Notes under the pieces: model-generated | What the model saw: the letters and a program-made list of their open reading frames with translations, nothing else | What the model was told of the DNA's origin: nothing | Database searches by the model: none | Shown: in pieces, positions 24,892 through 36,967 of the stretch | Layout of the letters: the number at the start of each line of letters is the position of its first letter | How positions within the stretch are numbered: the stretch's first letter is position 1 | Source: Perkinsus chesapeaki ATCC PRA-425 | Taxonomy: Eukaryota > Protista > Perkinsozoa | NCBI GenBank assembly: GCA_013115145.1 | Contig: JAAPAO010000044.1 | Span: 43,350 to 107,349 of the forward strand | DNA length: 64,000 bases | Direction of reading: 5' to 3' | Translations under genes and position numbers: made by a program

Positions 24892-25884
24892 ATGTGGCCC
24901 ATATTCCATAAACTCTTCTTATTGATCATCCCAGCGATGCTTGACAGGTCCACCACGGAGAGCCTATCCTACACGGTCGGTGCTCCACCAGTGAATGACC
25001 CTCGTTACTGGCTGCAGAGACCCTATATGGAGGCAACTCATGTCCCGGCGGCTTGGAAGCGTTTACTATCAACCAGAGTGAAAAGACATAGAGTTACTGT
25101 AGGGATCGTGGACAGTGGGGTACAGCCGGATCACCCCGACCTGGTTGCTAACCTTGTCGAAGGCTACAATGTGGTTAAGAAAAATAGTGACACTGATGAT
25201 ACGACTGGACACGGTACGGCGATGGCTGGGATTATTGGTGCAACGATAAACAACTCTATTGGCATAGCTGGTGTCATGGACCTTGTCAACATTATGCCCA
25301 TTTCAGTTGACTGGGGCTTCACAGAACGCCACGAGTATCTCGCCGCCGACTACGCCATCCGCAACAAGGAAGCAAAGGATTTTAAGATATTACTCATGGC
25401 TTTTTCAGGCGAAGAGGAGAGGCCTTTGTTTTTTAAAAAGCTTAAGGAGGCCAACAATGCCGGAATACTTATGATAGTCACCGCTGGAAATACAGGTAAG
25501 AACACTACCATCGAGAAAAGGTTCCCGTGTGCTCTCACTGAGCAGCTAAATGGCATGATATGTGTGGCTGCAACCGAACAGGTGGAGATGAGATTAGTCG
25601 CAGAGTCGAGTTTTGCCAATTATGTCGACATCGCGGCACCAGGTTTTAATATCTCTACCACGTACTTGGGTGGCCAATACGCAGCTGTTAATGGAACGAG
25701 TTCGGCGGCGGCTTTCATAGCTGGTGTTGCTGCGATGCTGTTTAGTCTTGCACCCGATCTATCTTCAAGTGATGCTAAGAAAATCCTCAAGCAAACTGCC
25801 AAGAAGGGCCTCAAGGTTGCTACTGGACAGGGACCTGCTCTTCCTTTCGGTCGCGTTGATGCTGACGCGGTGTTGCCAAGCTAA
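24892..25884 (+). CDS. Subtilisin-like serine protease (family S8), intronless ORF
   Basis: Triad motifs VGIVDSG (Asp), TGHGTAMAG (His) and NGTSSAAAFIAG (Ser); oxyanion Asn in VTAGNTG; VDIAAPG. Confidence 0.92.
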   Translation: MWPIFHKLFLLIIPAMLDRSTTESLSYTVGAPPVNDPRYWLQRPYMEATHVPAAWKRLLSTRVKRHRVTVGIVDSGVQPDHPDLVANLVEGYNVVKKNSDTDDTTGHGTAMAGIIGATINNSIGIAGVMDLVNIMPISVDWGFTERHEYLAADYAIRNKEAKDFKILLMAFSGEEERPLFFKKLKEANNAGILMIVTAGNTGKNTTIEKRFPCALTEQLNGMICVAATEQVEMRLVAESSFANYVDIAAPGFNISTTYLGGQYAAVNGTSSAAAFIAGVAAMLFSLAPDLSSSDAKKILKQTAKKGLKVATGQGPALPFGRVDADAVLPS

Positions 25885-26828
25885 TTCCATAACACGTATA
25901 TGTGAATGCTGTACACGGTCAGTTCACAATGTGACAGTCTGTTGTGATGATTCATCACTGATGGGTTATTATCCAACAGTCATGAATCTGCCAAAGCTCC
26001 TATTAGGAGTCTCCTAGTCTGGTACTATTATTCTCAATACTCCTGCTCATTTTCTCTCTAACAGTCCGAGATTTAGTAACATCTGCACCCATCAGATAAA
26101 TGTCTTTGAGGTACTTTTTTCCTGTTTACGCTCTATACTTCTGAACCAGCGCTCATGTCGTTTGTTCGGGCCGAGCTATGGACACCCATGGTTAGGAAAA
26201 GTCATGGTTCTATCCGAAGGCCTCCAGCCTCTTCGGTCAACTTGAGTTGGTATCCATAGGTTGATTAGCCCACCTCAGAGAGTCTCCAGTAGAGACCGCA
26301 GCTGGAGTGCGTCAAAACATCAACCAACAGCAAAGCTTGTTGCGTTTTATATTCAACGTGATACACTTCATCGTAGGATAGGAAGTTAAGCGTGTGTAGT
26401 GCCAATATTAAGTATGGTCGAGGTCGCCAAGTGTTGGAGGAGTCAGTCAATATACACTTTTAATTGACCTGGAATCTTCATAGTACACAGTTTCAGGGTT
26501 AAGCGAGACTGCCGCGAACGGAGCTTGGATAAACTTTATCCATAAGGGGCACTTTATTCGGTTAGGTGCGCCTCCTTTCGTGTGATATGCACTGCAGCTT
26601 ACCGAAGCTAACTACATAACGCTGGGTATATAACACCTCTGACCTTCACCATCACGAGTTTGACTTTAATTGAACCACTCTTTTATCAGCAACACTAAAG
26701 CGGATGTACTGAAGAAACATAAAATCACACATACAGACATTTATTCATTATTAACTGGCCTCTAGATTAACTGGCATAAACTGATTGAATAACAACAAGC
26801 AACATCGAAGCAACTGCGAACAACATGT

Positions 26829-29800
26829 TCAAACGTTCACCTTCTGCAGCCATTTCATCTGCCTCGCGTCAGCTTCTACTCTGGCTCTTCCTCTGAAGCC
26901 ATGGCCTTCACCAGAAAAGATTACCAAACGTAGCTCATCCGATGGGGTAGAATTCCGTTGATTATCCAATACGTTAAATAACACCTTACTATTCGATACC
27001 GGGCAAACATCATCTTTCGAACCTAGGCACCGAGATTGCCAGTCCTTCCCTCCGCACAGGAGCTCACCATGCATAATAAGCAATGGAACGTTGATAAGCT
27101 GGAGAGCCTGTGGCCCGAGAATATCCGATGCTTCCATATCGGCTGGAACAGGCCAAGTTGTACTTTCAGATTTACCGGCCCAAAACTCGTCTTCGTAAGT
27201 GAAGTCGCCTGCGGAGTGGATAACATAAGATGAACTGATCATGAACGGGCTTCTTGTATTATCGGCTCTGGATGAGTTGCTAATAATTTAACGTGCAAGT
27301 AAGCGAAAAGGCTACAATTTGAATAAACTTAAAATAGAAGGTATAAAGTAAGGCACCTTCAGTGTAGAGTCTACACCAAAGGTGCCCTACTTCCATTTAA
27401 CCGTCGACACGGTGATGATGTTCCAAGATTTCGGATAAATGGTCACCCAATATCGACATACCTGTCTCAGCACCGTTCCATCTTGTGGACACCCAAGGAT
27501 ATCTCGCCACGACAGATTCGAACATATCCGGATGAAGAATGGCGCATCTTAAGGCCAGATATCTGCAAGCATCACTTATACGTATGATTATATATAATAT
27601 TAGGTTAATTATCATATATAGCCATAGATTAGACGCCAACTAGGTTCTGCACGCGAATCCAATGGGGAAAGCGGCCCAAAGCTCAGTATCAAATTGATAC
27701 TATCAATATCTTTCCAGTATTGTTGATTGTGAGTATATTAATAACTACATGGTGATGATACGTATATCAACAGATGGTAGTTATTAGATTATTAGTAGAT
27801 AGATAAAGTGGTATCAGTAGATCTAGACTGTTACACGATCATATTTTAAATTTATCATTGATCATATTATCATTTATAGATATAGTTCACATTTCATAAT
27901 ATACATATTCCCAATATATAAGTAATTTATGTATATGTAGATTCAAAGCCAAGTATTTACAGGCATTTACATATCTTATGGAACAGACAGCTTAACTTTA
28001 CCCGCCGTAGCTTCCACCGACGAGACTAACGCGTCCAGCAGGTGTTCCTCGGAGCTCTCTCTGAAGATACTGTATACCAGCAATAACTTCATCGACATCA
28101 CGAATACCTGTGATGAATAATATCGAAGTGAATAGTAGTTTCCTCCTCACCTTGCGTCCCTATTGTAGCTTTACTCCAGGCGTCACCGAACCCGAGTGTA
28201 CCACTGAAAGCTGGGACGAGAACTCTGTAGCCTTCTTCCAGCAGGTCACGGTACCTATGAATGGCTGGTAATGAACCTCGTTGCAAAAGCAGTGAACCAC
28301 CGATTCTACTATAACGAGTTTGACGTTATTTCACGAGTGACTCGTGACGAGTCTATCAAATATCTTAGTCGGTAAGGCCTATTGATATCTCATCCATGTG
28401 CTCACTTGCCGTATACTCCAACCTTGTTGATTGGGGACACTTTAGAGCACGGCCCACCATGCAAGCTGACCACTAGTGGTCCTGGCCGGGCTTCCACGTC
28501 ACCAGGAACCCTTCGATGATATAACATACCGCGACATCTGTGACCAGGTCCGACATCCCATTCCAGCTCGGTGGCGGACAGGGAGTCTGCGTCGCTATCG
28601 TACGGCTGCGGGAGCTTCCCAGTCACTTTGCCGCTCTTTGCGTCTGCAGTTACCAAAGCCAATGCTCTGATCAAACGAAAAGTCAGTAAGGCTAATAAAT
28701 GTCTTACTCCTTGATTGTATCACTTCCGTATACATAACATCCATTACTCGACTGATACACCATATTTGAGCTACAGCACGGAGCGTCCAATGCCACTATG
28801 GGAAGTTGCCCGCTGAACTCGGCATTAACACGTCGGACGTAACTGATATAGATTGAGCTTCGACCTTGCCAGAGCGCCTTACGTCTTTGCGTTAAAGCCC
28901 ACTTGGACTGTCCACCAAAGTGCACTTGGAAGACCGTCAACCCATCCGAAACCAATAACCAGCTCACCAACGCTCGACACAGAGACGGCCTGATTAGATC
29001 TACTCTCAATACGCCAGCTCCCACTCACCCTCGTTTTGTTCATATCATCTCGCGCAATACCGACATAAAGGTTGAGGTTCGTCGAGGCTGCAGGAGCTGA
29101 TCTCGGTGGCGGTACATAGTTGGCGGTATAAGCTACGTAGTTACCGCAGGGTGATGGCTCATACCGATCTGGAAAATGCAAAGGCTATGTTTTTGGACGC
29201 CGATGCTCCCCGTCACCTAAGTTCCCTGCGCCATCCGTGATTGCTCTTGCCTTCACTTCAAGTGCTGGCCGATCCAGCTCGGCCATAGCAAGCTCTCCCA
29301 GGGAGGCTTCCGTTGGCAACTACGCGGCAAAGTGGTGTCGCTAGGGATAGAAAAGGACTTATACATCGGTTTTGTCGACCCTCCAAAGCGCCCAGCTTCC
29401 ATCACGAGTGACTTTCACACCATTGGCCAGTCTCGGTAGGAGGCCATCATTCGCTATTATTTCAGCCCAACCAGTATGGGGGCTGTAACTGCAAAAATGC
29501 ATTGCTGATTCTGTGACGAATTCGTCGTTATCAGCAACCTTCTCTCGCCTTCTAATATGAGTTTTGATAGAAAACACGTAGAGGGATAAACACCAATTAC
29601 GTTGATTCTAGTAGCATGTTCCCTACTGCGCGAGAGTAATAGGAAATCCTTACCTGAGTAGGCTGCAGCCCGGCATTTTCTTTTCATGCATTCCCGGCTC
29701 GAACACCCTGAAATGAAGCGCTATAACAGTGACACATGTGATGCCTCACGCTCCGCTCCAATCATCATCTTCATCATCTTCGACGCCCAGCCTGTCCGTA

Positions 29801-29890
29801 ATAGCAATAGCTACTGGACCCATACCTGTATCACGGTAACCTTAGATTCGGGAGTGTCCAGTATCAGCAATAGCAGTTGTAGAGTATATG
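26829..29890 (-). CDS. Prolyl-oligopeptidase family S9 (acylaminoacyl/dipeptidyl-peptidase-like), multi-exon
   Basis: PLVVSLHGGP, GYRVLVPAFSGTLGFGDAW, DVDEVIAGIQYL..VSLVGGSYGG (nucleophile, about 28000-28030), PLLIMHG..DDVCP (Asp) and FSGEGHGF (His). Start position approximate. Confidence 0.9.
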
Positions 29891-31892
29891 GATTGATCGC
29901 CATCTTACTGTTGAGGATGAAACTTGACGAAATTCCGGTCAATTTTTACGGAGTGTATGTAAGAGTGAATAATTCAGTTAGAGAGATCGATAGAAGGAGA
30001 CTAATAGTTACTTTAGCAATGAGGATTAATATGCCCCTATGAGGCACGGCACGTTGCCTATATATAAGATATGAAACTTTGTTACCTGAGTACTGTTATA
30101 AGTCAGGTTATGCAAACCACAGTTGATGGGCCGAGTAAAGCCTCACCTGAGAGGAATGTAGCATCTATGCTCTTTACAGAATCAGGCCATGATAGAAGTT
30201 GTGATACAGTTAGCAGAGGTGTTGAAGGCGGTGATAGAGGATCCGATAGAACGCCTGAAGGGGTATAGAGAATAGGCTAGAAAAACCTGGAATGGAGAAA
30301 CCGGAGCGGGACGGAGGTAAAACTCAGAGTGAGATGAAACGGATACCGATCTAGTTTATGTTGGCAAACGATAAGACCTTCTTCTTGAAGATCTGTGTTT
30401 GATGCTTTGTTCCCCCACCGGTCGATCTCAACCGACTTTGAGGGGAAGTAAACGCACTTTGTTTGTTTCTTGTAGCAAATTTAATTAAGCTACTCAATTT
30501 AATTGGTTATTGACTCTAAGTCACAAAAAAATGGTCCATGGTGATGCTTGCTTGCCGACCTCTCCATAAGCCTCCACCTCTCCACATCTTAAATGTCACA
30601 GCATGCGGCTCACTGCTTGGGAATGCACGCTCGATACCCGACAGGGAGAAGCCAAAATGGTTGGATAATATACGAGATCCGCCACCGTGTCTAAAAGACT
30701 AAGCCTGCGTAAATCAATCAGCTCAGAGGGCTCGCCTTGGACGACCAGCGCCTCCTCGAGGCTTTGCCGAGTATGAGTTATTCAATCCGACGACTTTGAG
30801 TTCCACGTCTATTAGTTCAAGCGACGACCTGTTGGGAAATTTGTAATGGGACACTCTCAGAGATCCTACTTGCCGGAGCCGCCCGATAGCAAGGCCAATC
30901 TGTACTCGTTTCCCTCGGGCTCGCTGCCACTTTCATGTGACTTCACCGATGCAGCATCGCTCGACTTGAAGTACCGCAACAGTACTAGACATCGATCGTC
31001 TATCAGAGTAATGAACGGAATGGATGTGCTGAGGGATGTAGATGGCTTCTGAAGTGGTGGGTGCTCCAAGGTGCTGAAGATAATGGTATTGCATCCAGTA
31101 TAAGTATTATAATATAAATTAAATATATTATAATACACACTAGTTCAGAAATAATCTCTGAGATTTGTGAAACAAGGAGTTCTTAATCAGAACCAACTCC
31201 AACGGGTCGCAACCCGGGCCGGGGTATGTGCAACTGCTATCATATCTCTCGACGACATTTTCAGTTCAATAGGGTATTTTGTTGGTGAAGTACCAAAATA
31301 CCATTTTCATATTCATGAAAATGCCAAATATGAATATACTGTAGCCTTCAATGACACTATGTCTTTGCAGCTAGAACGACTTACGTTTGAGGTGGACTAG
31401 TGACCACTTGGGGGCTATAGCGGCACGATCGGCGATAACCATCAATGACAACTACTACGGATTTGTTCAGTGATAGCGGAAACGCTGCGGGAACCGGTAA
31501 AGAAGCGTAACAACCAATAGCAGTATAATAAGATACAGACTTGCCAACCTTGGAAATATCTTTCCAAGCTTACTTCAGCCTAATTGCATTAGTGTCTCAA
31601 ACCTTAGCAGTTTGGGTATCGATAAATGGACTGTTTCGTCATTCAAAAATTATCAATTCGATTAACTCGACCCATTCGCCCATACTCCGGAAAAATAATA
31701 ATTGACGAAGCTATCATACATTGATGATGACCCATAATAGGTTCATGAGAATACCCCAACAGTCACTAGGACCGAGAACCCACTATGAGAGTACTCAGCG
31801 CAAACCGATTCAAGATAGAGGAAAAAAAGCGAAATGATTCTGCTAAGAAATCCAAAACTAGCTCTTGCATTCCCAGACAAAAAGCAGGAGTA

Positions 31893-34800
31893 TCAAACAC
31901 GAACATATACAGCTTCGAATTCAAACAGATCTGGGGGCTGGCCGTACTGGCCAGGCGTCGGCCTCGGGCGGCAAGGATCCATGTACACTCTTGGGAGCTC
32001 GTTGGCGGCCTTCAACCAATCATCTGCGCAAACACCGATAGGATATTGGATGAAACCCTCATGAAGATTCACGGTAAATCTCAACACAATTTCTGTCACG
32101 TCTACATGTGAGCCACTTCAGACACCAACAAGACAAGACGTGACAAAGCAAATGAACTAACGAGAATCTATCCTCACCACACTGGCAAGACCGACGGTGA
32201 CAGGCTGTGAACCTCGAAACCGTCAAGGCCAAAGTAATAGATAACGAATACAGGATATCGGGCCTGTAAGGTCACCTTTTCAAGATTGCACAAAAAGAGT
32301 CTCCGGAAAGCGACCGACCGATCTAAGTGGTGCTGCTCACTTTTAGAGTCGTCTTGAGTTTGTTGTTGTTGTTCTGTTGTAACTTGAAGCTGCTTACCAT
32401 CCGGTGCAGGACCGGTAATGCAGAGGGTGCTCTTGGTATCCTCATCGATACCAGATGGAGGAGCTCGGAAGGAACTTAGGGCACGATTAGGACTGATGGG
32501 AGAGTACTGTGGCTTATGTTAGTTATGACCAACACCACCGCCGGTGAAACTAAACTTCAATCGCACCGGTGATGCTAGTTGATTATGAAATGCCTCCTAG
32601 AAAACAGAGAAAGTAACAATGCATAATGGAGTCGAAGAGCTAGGCTAGAGGAGACAACTGCACATGATAGTAGTTGTGTGATACTGTGTGATCATCCGAC
32701 TTGAATAGGTAACAGTGGACAAGCTATCAATATATTCACCTCAAGGATATTTTAGTGTTCAACCAGCACTAATAATAATACATATGAACAGTAATGTGCT
32801 TGTCTATAATAATATACAACATTGTTGATATACGGTAAATATAGTTATGAATTTAATATTATAATATAAGCTTAGCTTAAATTATACAGAGTTGAGGTAA
32901 AGCCCACTCTAGATACGCTCATAAGGCTATGTGCCATCATTCCCCTACCTGTATATGCGGCCATTATCCCAATACCATCGTTGATTAATATTATCATTGT
33001 GACGGTCACAAGCATAAGTGATGGCCTCAGCCCTACCAAAGGGCTTATTCCCCCTATCAAGGCACCTATTGAACCTCTTGTTGACAATTCTTGTAGCTGA
33101 GTAACCCTGACTTGACATCCATTTTAGAACATAAACAGATTCCTACTTTCATCCAGAGCATGCCGCCGTCTCTAGGATTGCACGGTTTAAACCGGAGCTC
33201 AGCCTTGGCGTTTGCATCCTTCACAGACATATCCTTTCCAGTGCGAATCTAAGTGCAGCTTCGTTAACTCATAATGGTTTGTTTACCATGGCAAGACATA
33301 GCCGACTTCGCCTGTGTCTGAGTAGGTGCACTCTATCGAGCATCAACGCCTGGTTCTCGAATACAGACCAAAACCGCTCCATAAAACCATCATCGAATGA
33401 TTTGCATTGTAAACTGTGCCGAACCTAATCACACGGTAAGCGATGAGCTGACGATAATCCTAAGTAATGGAGTGGATAACGGAAATATCGCACTTCCACA
33501 ATTTACGTTTTTTTATTTCCGCTGAGGTAGGAGTCATATCGTATGACCAATCGACCTATCGGTCCCAGGACTGGGTGAGCCACCCAGGCAAGGTGTCCTG
33601 GCAACTCCTGTCAAGCACAGTATGCCAGTGTACTACTGCTATACATTGCTTAATAGGTTCGTACAGTTTGAGTCTGATCTAGCTAGTGTGTTGATAGTGT
33701 CCCAATAGGTACGTACGATATACTGTATGTATATCCCTCAGACGGAGTCGCCAGATAAACGACACTTCTCGCAAATTTCTCAACTTCCTCGAGGGCATTC
33801 AGGTCCAATGGAAGTTTATACTGTCCGTGATCGACTACGGCTGATCGACGGGAGTGAAATTCCTCAGAGTAGAGGACATTCGACACAATTCTGGCGCACA
33901 GCTGAACCACGCTTCTTCGCACGAACCAAGCTAGTAGCTAGCTGTGATATGCGTAGAATCATGATAGCAATAATCTGTTTTGTTTGATGTTTACCAGACT
34001 ATGGCTCATTTTTTGCCCATCCCCAGCCCAATCCCTAGATGTGGAGGTAAGACTTAAGTGTGCCCTCAACGGTATTGAAAGAAATCAAGTAACTTGACGG
34101 ATATCGGTATCCCTTCCATGATATCGTTGTTGAACATGCTTAGTTCTAATAGATGACCGCTGACTGGAATATGGTATGTCACAGTTTGTGTTCCTAGGTC
34201 AAATACTCGAGCATACAGTAGTGATTGCTATATTGTTAATTTGCTGTGTAGAACAGTTGCTGTGTTACAGGTTTATTCAATCCGATTTGGTTGACCACAC
34301 CCTGTGACACACCGTTAGGCGCGGCGGTTTACCCGCTGCTCCTTTTGCTACGACCAGTCAGCTACATCTATCCATCCCATCCTCTTCGTCATTGGGAATT
34401 TCACAACAGGAGATTCGTCAACATGAATCTACATGCTAAGTTGTCGCCAATTCTCGAGGCTGTTCTCAACCCGGATTATCCTCTCTCCAATCCATGAAAC
34501 AATGGTATTGGATCACCGCTGTAAGTTTCACTCTCAAACGTCCTCCACGATTCCAACGGTTACATGAGAAAGCCAAAACTGATTGCTCATCGCTAAGTGG
34601 TATACTAAGTATACCACTAAGTATACCCCAGCAAGTATACTATACTTGCTGGGGATTCTTACCGCCAGTCTGTCACCAATATGGGGACCCATTTGATGCT
34701 TAGTAATTTCTGATTTAGCTGACGGATGATTATCTAGGAACCAATCCAGCTTGTTGTCGAGGTAAAGGAAAGCTGCTCGAGCGTGGTTACGCTGAACCTG

Positions 34801-36437
34801 ATGAAAATGAAGTCAACAAGCAAACCAACAGTACTGAATACACTTACTTGTCCACTTCTGACTTTATTCTTGGGCGCTGGCCTCTGGAAAATATGTCCAA
34901 TTCTAGCATTACGATCAACAAGTATCTTCCCACCACACATCCATACACGTAATGATTGTTCTATATTCTCTCCACCCCAATCCAACATACCTAATCAATA
35001 TTACTGTTGAATAAATATTATAATTAAATAAATATTATTATCAAATAATTATTATTATTATTCTCACCTTGGTCATATCCTCCCGATTCTGTCCACCATC
35101 TTTTAGTCATAAGTTGTATACCACCAACTGCTATTGGAACTTCATCATTATTATCTTCAAACCAATAAAACTCAAAGTTCCATTCGAACATCATTTTAGC
35201 TCCACCGTCAAGAGACATGTGCTCCCAAGAAGTTCCTATATAAACGAGAACCAATAAAGCAAGACTTCAGTTTTACCGTTAACGTTGGTGACGATCGGAG
35301 TAACAATGGTTTTATAACCATTATTAGCAATCATATTTATCATTGATTGCATATAACCAGGTACAACTCTACAATGTCCATCCATAAATAATATATATGT
35401 TCCACGTGCTGAATCAGCTCCTATTATTTTAGCTCTTATTAAGCCTTCACGTTGTGGTAATCTTAATATTCTTATTTTACTTTTTTCTTCATTTGTTAAT
35501 GTTTCTAATACTCCACCTTTATCAAATGATTTAACTACTATTGGTTCCAATGGTTCCTCTGAATTATCATCTACAACTAATATTTCAGCTAATAGTTCTG
35601 GTTCGGTATAAAGGAATGTATAATAAATAGTCTTTACTAGATAATCAGCCTCGAACCGTGCTGGTATTACCACAGTCGAACCTGACCAAAATCTCCACAG
35701 TGCAAAATTACCAAAGATTCTCCGAAATAAAACACACCTGGTAGTAAGTTTTGTATTTCCTGTCTCCCGGTCATCGAATCGACCAGAACCACTCCAGACG
35801 CACTTGACTGTGGTGCTCCGAATGGCTTTAAAATAACAAACAATACCAAAGGGATAAACAACGGTGCCTGAGGGATAGCCGGTAGTACGATCGAACAACA
35901 GCCTAGGCCTGATCGAGAAAAATACCAAGTCTAGGATAGGTTGGATTAAACAGGTAAATCTCAGAACGATAATGAGGCCATTTGCTGTTGATAAGACAGA
36001 AAACGATCTTTACTCGAAATAACGGCGCAGGAGCGTTCATGGTCGCAGTATCACCGAGCATAAAATATCATATTGATTAAAAAAATAGATTTTCCCCGAC
36101 AGCCGAATGATTCGAACAACTTACAAAATAATGCGCTGCTTTACTTTCCCTCATTTGTTTGATACCAAGGTTAATTGGACTGGTTAACATATGTAATATT
36201 GAGCAAAGACATATCATCATCACTCGACCTAAAGATACCCCCTATCGCACTGTAAAGATTTCTCCTACCAATCGGACGATTGCCGGGCCCAAGGCCTCCA
36301 GCCACAAGCATCACTAACGTGGCCTGGGCGAGCAGTAGCAACTCATTTCGTATTCGATACATGAACCCGACTAACCCACGAAAACACCCCTTAGCAGGCT
36401 CACTATGAACAACTGAGGAATCTGGCAGGTCCGACAT
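31893..36437 (-). CDS. GALNT: Polypeptide N-acetylgalactosaminyltransferase (GT27), copy 1, multi-exon
   Basis: N-terminal TM segment (ELLLLAQATLVMLVAGGLG), SVVIPAR, EILVVDDNS, REGLIRAKIIGA, FMDGHC (DxH), WGGENIEQSLRVWMCGG, IGHIFQR, VRHSLQCKSF, then a lectin-like C-terminal region (SRLCLAM, TLCITG). Confidence 0.92.
33440..34593. mobile_element. Non-autonomous TIR element (PIF/Harbinger-like signature) in a GALNT copy 1 intron
   Basis: 9-bp TIRs GCGATGAGC (33440-33448) and GCTCATCGC (34585-34593), each flanked by TAA (33437-33439, 34594-34596). The host intron is 1238 nt versus about 52 nt at the same position in copy 2. Confidence 0.6.
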
Positions 36438-36921
36438 AATGAAAAAAACTGACAAAAGCCGAAGTATCCCTGGAAGCCAGCCGCGATGAAATCCCATCCA
36501 TCCATTTGCCCCACAAGAGCAGAGGGATCGAGGCTGGTCGAGCCATCGAAAGGGACCACAGAAGGAGGGTCTCCTCCGGGGCTCGATTTCCAAGCAGAGG
36601 TAGCCGGGATGTGCCCCGGGAATAACGTGACGAGGTTGCAAATCGAAATGCGGACTTGCGCTGGAGTATTGAATTTATCGGATAATAATAGTATATCTCA
36701 AAAGACATTAGTTATATCCATTTAACCTAATTCACCAAATGTAGTGTGGGTGGGAATGATGGACATTGACTCGAACACAAGCAAGGAACGGGAGGAAAGG
36801 GAGCATTGTAAGTCTAAACAGAATAATAGTTCAACTGTAGAAAAATTGCAGTAACATTAGGAAGGCATCATCAGATAGTTCAGTTTACAATGCTTCAACA
36901 GGACCACCACCACAATGGCCA

Positions 36922-36947
36922 CGCGGGTTCAATTCCCGGTGGGAACA
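36922..36947 (+). pseudogene. tRNA 3'-end relic B, Val-like acceptor strand
   Basis: C-GCGGG-TTCAATT-CCCGG-TGGGAAC-A, with TTTTTT 7 nt later; no 5' half. Confidence 0.7.
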
Positions 36948-36967
36948 ACTTCAGTTTTTTATGTTAT

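Noticed and set aside
30050-31450. Short plus-strand ORFs as a gene
   Set aside because: Could not link them into a coherent exon chain or recognise a family; left unannotated.
36097-36120. Minus-strand TGTTCGAATCATTCGGCTGTCG as a Ser-like tRNA relic
   Set aside because: Lacks G52/C62 and the C48/C50 pattern of the six accepted relics; possibly chance.
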